64,000 bases of DNA from Candidatus Aminicenantes bacterium (GTDB lineage Bacteria; Acidobacteriota; Aminicenantia; Aminicenantales; Aminicenantaceae), in NCBI GenBank assembly GCA_050115915.1, contig JASFPP010000002.1, positions 3,299-67,298 of the forward strand, in the 5' to 3' direction. The notes beneath the pieces are model-generated. The model made no database searches. It saw only the letters and a list, made by a program, of their open reading frames with translations, and was not told the DNA's origin. Below, one piece after another: positions 37,031-45,251 of the stretch. Position 1 is the stretch's first letter, and each line of letters begins with the position of its first letter. The translations under genes and the position numbers were made by a program.

Positions 37031-38317
37031 ATGTCTGTTCCTACAGAAATTATCTTCGTGGTGATGGTTGTCTGCTATATCATCCCGAAATCTCTTAAAG
37101 TCTCCACAGAGCTATCCATGTTTATCTCCGCCATTGCCGGCGGGATCGTGGGAGGCGTGGGCATTCCTGCCCGTCATATTGCCGAAGGAGCCTTCACCTA
37201 TCTGGATATCATTCTCATTTTTATCACGGCGACGTTTTTCATGAATCTTCTCAAAGAGTCCGGAGGTATCGCCTATGTCGTAAGGGGAATCATCCAAAAG
37301 TTTTACAGAAGAAAATCGATCCTCTTCGTCCTCATCACGTTCCTCCTTCTCCTGCCAGGCGCCCTGACAGGAGCGGGAAGTGTCACCGTGCTGATCACAG
37401 GAGGAATGATCGCCATTGTTTTGGGATACATGGGCCTTTCCAGGCCCAAAACTGCGGCCATCATTTTTATAATCGCTGGATTGAGTGCCGCCGCTCCCCC
37501 TGTCAGTCTATGGGCCATGCTGGCAGCGGCAGGTGTCAACATGCCTTACGTGGGATTTTTTCTGCCTCTCCTTATCCCCTGTGTCGTGCTTTCCCTACTG
37601 ACGATCTTTATTCTCGGATGGCGAGGCAAACCCGTGGACCTGGAAAAAGTCCTGATGGAACTCCCGGAGGCTCCCCCTCGGATGAACTGGATCAAGGTCG
37701 TCCTGCCGTTTCTCGTTTTTTTTGTACTCGTTCTCGCAGGACGGATATGGCCCCATTCACTACCTGTTGTCGGCCTTCCCATGATGTTCGTGGCGGCAGC
37801 CATCGTTACATATATTCTTTCCCCTTTGAAGCTCAACATCTTTGACACGGCCAGTGATACTGTGCACCAACTTTTGCCCCTTATCGGCACCCTCACTTGT
37901 GTGGGGATATTGGTTCAGATCATGACCCTCACGGGCGTGCGAGGCCTGATCGCCATTACGGTGGTTACGCTGCCAATATTGATCGTGTTTGGCTCTCTTT
38001 TCCTGGTCCTCCCTGTTTCAGAAGCCGTTCTCATGTGGGGTGCCGCCCCTGTGCTCGGCGTTCCTCTGGTCCTGCTTTTTAACACCATAGGCCTCAATCC
38101 CATAGTGGCCCTTGCGGGCATGAGCGTGATCTGGCCGCTCGGGGATGCTCTGCCGCCCACAGCGATCATCGGCCGTCTGACAAAAGACACGGTGGAGATG
38201 GAAGAACCCTACGGCCACATGCTCAAACACTGTTTGGTCCCTGCAATCCTTATCATGATCCTGGGGACGCTCATGGTAATCTTCAGCAAAGAGCTGAGTT
38301 TTTTAACTTTATTATAG
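37031..38317 (+). CDS. Polytopic permease, ion-transporter superfamily (GntP/DctM-like)
   Basis: 428 aa and about 12 TM helices. The stretch LDIILIFITATFFMNLLKESGGIAYVVRGIIQKF resembles GntP-type permeases. The assignment is tentative. Confidence 0.5.
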   Translation: MSVPTEIIFVVMVVCYIIPKSLKVSTELSMFISAIAGGIVGGVGIPARHIAEGAFTYLDIILIFITATFFMNLLKESGGIAYVVRGIIQKFYRRKSILFVLITFLLLLPGALTGAGSVTVLITGGMIAIVLGYMGLSRPKTAAIIFIIAGLSAAAPPVSLWAMLAAAGVNMPYVGFFLPLLIPCVVLSLLTIFILGWRGKPVDLEKVLMELPEAPPRMNWIKVVLPFLVFFVLVLAGRIWPHSLPVVGLPMMFVAAAIVTYILSPLKLNIFDTASDTVHQLLPLIGTLTCVGILVQIMTLTGVRGLIAITVVTLPILIVFGSLFLVLPVSEAVLMWGAAPVLGVPLVLLFNTIGLNPIVALAGMSVIWPLGDALPPTAIIGRLTKDTVEMEEPYGHMLKHCLVPAILIMILGTLMVIFSKELSFLTLL

Positions 38318-38349
38318 ATAGCAGAAGCCGATGTTAATCCACTCCAAAT

Positions 38350-38468
38350 ATTCAAAAAGGAGGAGCAAAACCGACGGGCGAAATTAATAAGGAGACGAGG
38401 CCAACCCACCCCGCCCATTCAAAAAGGTGGAGGAAGCGGCCAAATAGAGATATTAAGAAGGAGACGAG
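38350..38468 (+). repeat. Imperfect tandem duplication of a ~50-nt leader, each unit ending in AAGGAGACGAG
   Basis: Unit 1 is 38350-38399 (ATTCAAAAAGGAGGAGC...TAATAAGGAGACGAG). Unit 2 is 38417-38468 (ATTCAAAAAGGTGGAGG...TAAGAAGGAGACGAG). Only unit 2 is followed by an ATG. Confidence 0.6.
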
Positions 38469-38474
38469 ATTAAA

Positions 38475-38624
38475 ATGGGAATTACAGTGCTATATTATCT
38501 TCTAACAGGAGCTATCGCTTTTCTGATGATCCACAATTTTATCCGGAGCAAAAAGTGGCAGGAAGAGGCACTCTATATCCTCGTGCTTTTGCCTTTCCTT
38601 CTCCGGCTTTTCCGGTTGAAATAG
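38475..38624 (+). CDS. Small two-helix membrane peptide (49 aa)
   Basis: MGITVLYYLLTGAIAFLMIHNFIRSKKWQEEALYILVLLPFLLRLFRLK*. An AAGGAG sits upstream. Its stop is 9 nt before the next gene. It is not in the ORF track because it is shorter than 60 aa. Confidence 0.4.
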   Translation: MGITVLYYLLTGAIAFLMIHNFIRSKKWQEEALYILVLLPFLLRLFRLK

Positions 38625-38633
38625 AGGCAATCG

Positions 38634-39806
38634 ATGTGCGCTCCTACACGCCCCCTTTTCCGAAAGACATCAATCGCTGCCCTGGGACTCGCTCTCCTCA
38701 TCGCTGCAGGGATCAGTTTTTTCCAGAGCCGTAATCTGAAAGAGGCCGTTGTCCTCGGCCCAGCAGTAAGCGAGGTCAAACGTCTGAGCGACTATTTTTC
38801 GGGTATAAAAGGGACGGTCAACGATTCGTTTGTCTATGTTCTCGAAGGCAAACAAAAAGGCGGGACTTTCCTTCTCCTCGGAGGAACACACCCTGAAGAG
38901 CCTGCCGCGCGCCTTGCCGCCTGGATCTTTGTGGAGAACGTACGCGTCGCGCAGGGCAGACTTTATGTCATCCTCTCCGCAAACCGGAGCGGAACGACGG
39001 TCACCCGTTTGGGGGGAGGCTATCCGCCGGACTACACCATAGACACTCCCTGGGGAGGAAAAAAATTCCGGATGGGGGACCGCTGGTCCAATCCCCTGGA
39101 CCAATGGCCGGATCCAGAAGTTTACATCCATTACCCGAGCAGACAGGAGCTGGCCTACGTGGACATCAGGAACTTGAACCGCACATGGCCCGGCCGCGCC
39201 AATGGCACTCTAACAGAGAAGACATGTTATGCAATGACCGAGCTAATCCGCAGGGAAGAGGTGGATATTGTGATAGACCTGCACGAAGCTGAACTCCAGT
39301 ATCCTGTCATCAGTTGTATTGTCGCTCACGAGAAGGGACAGGATCTGGCGGCTTTGGCCTCGATGATGATAAGCGGCACCGAGGGCTTCGATATCGGGAT
39401 GGAAAAATCCCCTTATGCGCTCAGGGGACTCTCTCACAGGGAGATTGGAGACAACACAGATGCCATATCTCTCCTTTTCGAGACCCCAGAGCCATTCCTG
39501 GATGCCACTCGCGGGCGGACGGATAGAGCGCTGCTCCTCGAGGGGAAAGACCCATTCGTCATGAAGGCCGGAGAACACGGGCTTCTCTTCGAAAAGATGG
39601 ATGAAAACGGGTGGCCCATCGATAAACGTGTGGGCAGGCACTGCTCATCCGTGCTGCATATCGCAGAGCTCTGGACAGAAGAACGCCCGGAGAGGGGAAT
39701 CCAAATGACGAACATTCCCCGCTATCTGGAGATCCTTGAAAAAGGCACCGGTTTCTATCTCCACGATCCCTCGAAGGCCGCAGCTGATAGAATCCGTTAC
39801 GAATAA
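38634..39806 (+). CDS. Secreted AstE/AspA-type (succinylglutamate desuccinylase/aspartoacylase, M14-like) zinc hydrolase
   Basis: LLLGGTHPEEPAA (His/Glu zinc ligands) and VIDLHEA (second His). N-terminal signal or anchor. Confidence 0.7.
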   Translation: MCAPTRPLFRKTSIAALGLALLIAAGISFFQSRNLKEAVVLGPAVSEVKRLSDYFSGIKGTVNDSFVYVLEGKQKGGTFLLLGGTHPEEPAARLAAWIFVENVRVAQGRLYVILSANRSGTTVTRLGGGYPPDYTIDTPWGGKKFRMGDRWSNPLDQWPDPEVYIHYPSRQELAYVDIRNLNRTWPGRANGTLTEKTCYAMTELIRREEVDIVIDLHEAELQYPVISCIVAHEKGQDLAALASMMISGTEGFDIGMEKSPYALRGLSHREIGDNTDAISLLFETPEPFLDATRGRTDRALLLEGKDPFVMKAGEHGLLFEKMDENGWPIDKRVGRHCSSVLHIAELWTEERPERGIQMTNIPRYLEILEKGTGFYLHDPSKAAADRIRYE

Positions 39807-39850
39807 GCTCCTGGGATCTCATCCGCAAGATTCCCCTCTAGTCTCAAGGT

Positions 39851-40969
39851 TTAAGTCTTGTCTATACCGGATTTACGCTTCCGCAAAGTTGCCAGTACGA
39901 GAAAGACAAGGATAATGTAGGCCGCTCCCCATCCGAGTATAAATTCCTGTCTCTCTCCTGTGATCCTGTAGAGCGCCCCCTCTCCCGGAGAGGGCAGAGG
40001 TGACGGATCCCATTCGAGGCCGTAACGGTCTATAAGGCCTCTCATATACAGGAGATGGATCACAGGAATCCCCCGAGCAGCCATTTCATAGAGCACACCT
40101 CTTCGCTCCGGCGGGGGGAATTTATCGATCAAGTTCAGGCCGGGCCTCAAGTGTAAGACCATCGAATCGTTACCCATGTTAGCCCAGCTGCCACCAATGT
40201 TTATGAAAGCTTTAATTTTTTTTGCGTTGGCGGCTCTTTCATAAATCTCCATCCGTAAGGCCACGTTCCGGGCAAAGTCGGGCTCATTGAGGGAAAGCAA
40301 TTCACTCCTGTGGAGATCATCCCAGAGGAGCTGCCGCCCGCTCTCATCCATGTCCTCACCCATATCTCCTTCTCCGCCAAGGGATAGTACGAGTGGAGGC
40401 TGGCTGAAAAGGCCGCTTTGTTCCAAACACCGCCACATGTGAATCCAATGAAACCGAGGATGGTTGGCCCCCCATTGTGACGCGCCGAGTGAGGATATCC
40501 AGAGTGCATCGAGGCCCAGCGTTTCGAGTGCTGCCAGCGATGCAATTATCAGAGCGGGAAAGGAGCCCGAGGCTCCGACAGCGATACAATCGCCCTCTCG
40601 GACATCGCATTCCCCGAGCAGCCTGACGACAAGTCCCGCTAGATTGGGATTCGTGCTTGTTCTCTTCGATCCCAGATTACCCATCGAAGTCGTGATTGCG
40701 GAATTTTCCATCCCGATAAGCCCGGTTCCGTTGATATCCGTGCTTCTATCGAGACTGAGCCCTCTTTCCTGACGGCAGGCTTTTAGTGCATCTGTCGCGT
40801 CCTCCATGAGTTTCGACGCCTGCACCATATCGTTTCTCAGCCTGTCGGGCCCTTTCTGTGGGAGGAATTTCCATAACACAAAAAAGGCAACGCTCAACGC
40901 ACAGAGGATATAGATCACACGATCGTGACTATTTGCGTTCTCTCTGGGAAATCTTTTCTGTGCCCACAT
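39851..40969 (-). CDS. Membrane-anchored third component of the poly-gamma-glutamate locus (non-CapA poly-gamma-glutamate system protein)
   Basis: Single N-terminal TM helix and 372 aa, directly downstream of pgsB-pgsC. No metallophosphatase (CapA/PgsA) motifs. The call rests on synteny and on my recollection that such a family exists. Confidence 0.5.
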   Translation of the reverse strand: MWAQKRFPRENANSHDRVIYILCALSVAFFVLWKFLPQKGPDRLRNDMVQASKLMEDATDALKACRQERGLSLDRSTDINGTGLIGMENSAITTSMGNLGSKRTSTNPNLAGLVVRLLGECDVREGDCIAVGASGSFPALIIASLAALETLGLDALWISSLGASQWGANHPRFHWIHMWRCLEQSGLFSQPPLVLSLGGEGDMGEDMDESGRQLLWDDLHRSELLSLNEPDFARNVALRMEIYERAANAKKIKAFINIGGSWANMGNDSMVLHLRPGLNLIDKFPPPERRGVLYEMAARGIPVIHLLYMRGLIDRYGLEWDPSPLPSPGEGALYRITGERQEFILGWGAAYIILVFLVLATLRKRKSGIDKT

Positions 40970-41030
40970 TTTTTGTGCTCTCTAATTCTTCACTTTTTTC
41001 ACCCAAGTTCCAAATAAAAACGTTTCGGTG

Positions 41031-41471
41031 TCATGGGAAGACATGCTGGAGCATCCGGATCAGAACATATGTGAAAACAGCCACTGTAACAAGCGATGTC
41101 AGGGTGGGTAAAAACCTCTGCTTCTCAAGATTATTCGCTAAAAGACCCGGGATGAGCCACCCGATGGCCCTCAAGCCAAAAGACTCCGGGAAGATTTGAG
41201 GGAAAAGAAGAGTCCAGGCCTGGGCCAAAACGGCGCCGATGAATATGAACGTCACAAACCGCCTCTTTCCAAAAAGGATCACATACCTGCTAAGAATCCT
41301 GTAGACAAGAACACAGAGAACTGCGATGGCCACAGTCACAAGCACACGCAGGGGCTGGTCCAGATAGAGGGCGATGTATGCGGGGACAATGATGCCCCCA
41401 GGATACACACCAAAGATCTCCACATAGAGGACGGCGACAAGCACGCCGATGAAGAGTGTTTCATAGGTCAT
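41031..41471 (-). CDS. pgsC: Poly-gamma-glutamate biosynthesis protein PgsC/CapC
   Basis: 146-aa, 4-5 TM protein. It aligns by eye with Bacillus PgsC (GGIIVPAYIALYLDQP, FGKRRF, GWLIPGLLANN). It overlaps pgsB by 11 nt. Confidence 0.85.
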   Translation of the reverse strand: MTYETLFIGVLVAVLYVEIFGVYPGGIIVPAYIALYLDQPLRVLVTVAIAVLCVLVYRILSRYVILFGKRRFVTFIFIGAVLAQAWTLLFPQIFPESFGLRAIGWLIPGLLANNLEKQRFLPTLTSLVTVAVFTYVLIRMLQHVFP

Positions 41472-42675
41472 ATCGCGTCCCTTTTGTCTCCCAGTAATCG
41501 ACGAGCGAGCTCCCGGCGCCTCCCATATTTCCCATGCCGATCACCACCGCTTTTTCTCTGGCGATGGCGGAAAGCCGGGCCATGATCTCTTCGGGCGGAA
41601 AATCGCGCCAGGCATAGATCTCTGCTCCCATGAATCTTTTTAGTTTTCTCTTCAAGGCCACTCCGTGATCACCCACACAGATAAGCTTTTCGATCTCGGG
41701 AAATTTAGCGCTCTTCAAAGCCTCAGACCATTGCAAAGTCCGGTCTCCGCGGTCTCCTCTTAAATTCAGTACGCCAATAACGGCTCGTCCTTCGAGGAGT
41801 CGCTTGTCTCTCAACTTGGACATGACCATTCGCGTTGATTCCGGTTCATTGGCAGCGAATCCATTCACAAAATACCAATCCGGAGGGGATGGCGGGCAAA
41901 GTGCTGTCCAGACTTTTAAGCTTCCGAAATCGGGTTGAGCTTTGCCCATGGCCCGGAATGCCGCTGAAACGTCCTGCCCTAAAAAATCAGTCAGGGATAA
42001 TGACAGGCGTACATTTTCATCGAATTCCGAGGAGAGAATGCCGTTTTTTTTACTCGTATACGAGCTATACGCGCTATTTGAAACCAGATGTAGTTTCGCT
42101 TTTCTCAATCCGGCTGTTTGTCGTAAGACAGGATAGACTTCCTTTTGGGGAATAAACACTGTGCCTTCCCAGGGAATTGCGCTAGCTAAACAGGCTGCGA
42201 TGCGGTCTTTCGTCCTCCCCATCTGAGACATATGATCCAACCTGACGTTTGTAATAACCAGGAGGTGGGGCTTGAAGACCTTTTGAGATTCCACATAGAG
42301 CGTTTCCGGCTGGATGCCCATCAGCTCAACAACACAGGCGTCAACATGCCGCCTGGCAGCGTCCCTTAGCACCTTTTTCCCTTCAAGGATCGTGGGCGGC
42401 CCCGGCCGTACGATATCCTGTTCGCTTCCATCTGGAAGTATCAGGACCGGTTTCGCTCCGGTCGTACGGGCAAGAACGGACATTCCCGAACCACGCAAGG
42501 CGGCTGCGACCAGGCGGGTGACGCTGGATTTTCCCCTGGTACCCGTTACACAAATGCGCAAAGGGATAGAATCGACCCTCTTCTGAATAAGGATTCTCTC
42601 GATAAGCAGGAAGATCAGCCAAAGGGCCAATGCGCCTCCAATGATTAAAAGCTCCCTGATTGTTGCCTCCTCCAA
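41461..42675 (-). CDS. pgsB: Poly-gamma-glutamate synthase PgsB/CapB (Mur-ligase fold)
   Basis: N-terminal TM helix, P-loop VTGTRGKSSVTRL, ECMG-like VELMGIQPE and NVRLDHM. Same order as Bacillus PgsB. Confidence 0.85.
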   Translation of the reverse strand: MEEATIRELLIIGGALALWLIFLLIERILIQKRVDSIPLRICVTGTRGKSSVTRLVAAALRGSGMSVLARTTGAKPVLILPDGSEQDIVRPGPPTILEGKKVLRDAARRHVDACVVELMGIQPETLYVESQKVFKPHLLVITNVRLDHMSQMGRTKDRIAACLASAIPWEGTVFIPQKEVYPVLRQTAGLRKAKLHLVSNSAYSSYTSKKNGILSSEFDENVRLSLSLTDFLGQDVSAAFRAMGKAQPDFGSLKVWTALCPPSPPDWYFVNGFAANEPESTRMVMSKLRDKRLLEGRAVIGVLNLRGDRGDRTLQWSEALKSAKFPEIEKLICVGDHGVALKRKLKRFMGAEIYAWRDFPPEEIMARLSAIAREKAVVIGMGNMGGAGSSLVDYWETKGTRYDL

Positions 42676-42777
42676 CCAATCATCAAACAGCCGGGGAAAA
42701 ACAGACCCGGCGCTCTTTTTTGTTCTGCCCGCCGATCGGATACTCCTTTCAATATTTTACACAAATTTTTGGAAGAG

Positions 42778-45099
42778 CTAAAAAGAGGATCCCTGCTCTT
42801 CGATCCCGCGGGCTTTATCCATAATTCTCATCAAATTCCCTGAAAAAATGTTCGAGAGCTCTCTTCGGCTGATATCAACCTTGGCAATCTCCGTAAAGAC
42901 TTTGAGCAAGTCTTCTTTTGTCTTGTTCCCCCATAAACACGCTTCATTGGCGAAGACGACCGACTGCGCGCCCAGTGCATCCTTGAGCTCAACCAATTTT
43001 TTTACATAAGAAGCAGGGTCTTCATCCCCCCAAACAAGCCCGACCGCGGAGTCTTTCTTTTTGATAGATTCGAGAACGCTCTCTTCAGGGACGTCCTTCA
43101 CCAGCAAGAGGAGTTGTTTTCTTGTTTTTTTCAAGAGGGCCTTTATCTCTTCAGGATTAAAATCTTTGACAATGAGAAACAGATCGCCATCGTTCAGGGC
43201 CCTCAGCAACTTTTTTCCTGAATCGCTCATCCCCTTTTCATCGAACAAAAGGTGTGGCTGTTCGAGCAGCACAAAACATAATCCTGACCGACCAAAAACA
43301 GGAGTCCACTTGAGGTCATCCCGGAAGATATTAATCCCTCTGAGCCCGGGCACGACAACCGTTTTTCCCTGCCCGAAGATGTTAATGGCATTTCTTAAAG
43401 ACTTGTAGAGGGAGAGTCCTCTGGCCTCTTTCACTTTTTCTGTCGCAGAAAGAAATTTTTTGAGTGTGTCGAACCTGAGAGCATCTTCAGTCAGTTCCTC
43501 ATCTTCTTCGAGGAAAGACAGTTGCAGTTTGACATGGGAGCCTTTGGCATTTCCGTGATCGGCGATCACATCTTTGAGGGGCGACATTTTGAAATTGGGA
43601 AGGTTCAGGTATTTGAGGTAGAACATCTCCTCCCTCATGGGACGAATAAAATCTTCCGGTTCCGCTGCAAGAACTTCGACGGCCGCAATCACGAGGTCCC
43701 CTGTTTTTTTCAGAATAACAGGGTTAATCAGGTCCGTATCATCTCGGGGACGATGGTACTTGAGGTGGGGCCCATCCGAAGCCAGAGCCCAGGCGGAAAT
43801 CCCCTTCATCAGAAAAGGCGTATGATCCGATCCGCCGGGACCACCTGGCTCGGCTTTGGTGTATTCCAGAATCTCTTTGGGGAGTTTCTCTTTGAGAATG
43901 TCCCAGATCTTGGGCCCATAAGTTGTACCGCGAAATCGCACATTCCGGTTTCCATGTCCGACCATGTCCATGTTGAAATAGACGACCGTTTTTTCGATGG
44001 GATGTGTGGCATGGTCGACATAGTACTCGGACCCCAAGAGCCCTTGTTCCTCCGCGGCCCAAGCGGCAAAAATGACCGTCCGTTTGGGTTTATAGTTGTT
44101 GAGCTTCATGACACGTGCTATTTCCATAGCCACCGCAGTTCCTGATGCATTATCATTGGCACCGTTCATAACATCCCCGATAGGGCTCACCCCCAAATGA
44201 TCCATATGACCGCCCACAACGAGAGCCTCATCCCTGATCAGGGGATCGCTTCCCGCTATTTTTGCCAGGATATTCCGTGTGGCTCTTTTCTCATCGAAGA
44301 TCGCGTTCACAGACACAAAAGCCTTCACGCCTGTGGCAAAAGATGCGGGAAGTCGGCCCAAACCTGTTCTTCGGAAGGACCGTCCAAAATCCGTCGCCAA
44401 CTCTTTAAAGATAAAATTCGTGACTCTATCCTCTACCGAGAGGAGGACAAATTCCGGATCGTAAAGCTTTTTATCGATCCGCATCCGAAAATAGCTGGAT
44501 GCACCGGGGCTGGGGCGTCTAAATACGAGGACTCCCAGAGCGCCCCTATCCTGAGCTGCTTTTATGCGGCTGTCGATCGTTGCGGCATCTCCGAGTTTTT
44601 TCTCGAGTGCTGCCGACACACTGGATGACATAAGCAGGATTTTATCCTTCACATTCAATCCAGCATAATCATCGTGTTTTTGATCCGGAGCATGGATCCC
44701 GTAACCGACGAACACGATCTCTGCGGTGAAATGGCCGGATCCCGAATACCGTTGCACACGCCAGTCCTCGCCATAATAGAAAGCCCTTTTCCCTTTATCG
44801 GTAATGACATCAAAGACTACGCCTTCACCCACATTGTTGTGCTCTATGGTGAATTCTTGAAAATACGAGCCGTTATCTCCGGCAGGCTCGAGGCCCCACT
44901 CCTTGAACTTGGCGGCGATGTACTCTTCGCCCATAACACCTCCGGGTTGTCCGCTTTTTCGCCCTCGCATGGCATCTGCGGCCATGTCTTTTATATAACT
45001 GTGAGCCCGACCCCCATCGAACTCGACCTTCTTCTCTTTTGCCCAGCCCGCCGAGAGCATAAGAAAAACGACAAGGAAATATCCCGCCGATTTTTTCAC
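42778..45099 (-). CDS. Secreted M28 aminopeptidase (with PA domain) fused to a C-terminal M19-dipeptidase-like domain
   Basis: M28 motifs GGHMDHLG, NGANDNASGTAVAMEIARV and AWAAEEQGLLGS. The last ~300 aa end in ..SNIFSGNLMRIM, like the C-terminus of the M19 enzyme at 62296 (WGGNIMRVL). GTG start at 45099 with an AAGGAGG ribosome-binding site. Confidence 0.7.
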   Translation of the reverse strand: MKKSAGYFLVVFLMLSAGWAKEKKVEFDGGRAHSYIKDMAADAMRGRKSGQPGGVMGEEYIAAKFKEWGLEPAGDNGSYFQEFTIEHNNVGEGVVFDVITDKGKRAFYYGEDWRVQRYSGSGHFTAEIVFVGYGIHAPDQKHDDYAGLNVKDKILLMSSSVSAALEKKLGDAATIDSRIKAAQDRGALGVLVFRRPSPGASSYFRMRIDKKLYDPEFVLLSVEDRVTNFIFKELATDFGRSFRRTGLGRLPASFATGVKAFVSVNAIFDEKRATRNILAKIAGSDPLIRDEALVVGGHMDHLGVSPIGDVMNGANDNASGTAVAMEIARVMKLNNYKPKRTVIFAAWAAEEQGLLGSEYYVDHATHPIEKTVVYFNMDMVGHGNRNVRFRGTTYGPKIWDILKEKLPKEILEYTKAEPGGPGGSDHTPFLMKGISAWALASDGPHLKYHRPRDDTDLINPVILKKTGDLVIAAVEVLAAEPEDFIRPMREEMFYLKYLNLPNFKMSPLKDVIADHGNAKGSHVKLQLSFLEEDEELTEDALRFDTLKKFLSATEKVKEARGLSLYKSLRNAINIFGQGKTVVVPGLRGINIFRDDLKWTPVFGRSGLCFVLLEQPHLLFDEKGMSDSGKKLLRALNDGDLFLIVKDFNPEEIKALLKKTRKQLLLLVKDVPEESVLESIKKKDSAVGLVWGDEDPASYVKKLVELKDALGAQSVVFANEACLWGNKTKEDLLKVFTEIAKVDISRRELSNIFSGNLMRIMDKARGIEEQGSSF

Positions 45100-45251
45100 G
45101 ATACACCTCCTTTTTTTCGCAAACGATTCACCTTTCGACTGAGTTATCAGAAAAAATGCCATTTGAAAACACGTGTTGGCTCGATCCACAAAGATTCCTA
45201 TTATACCGAAAATTATCGGATTATAGGAACTTGTTTTATGAACAATCCAGG

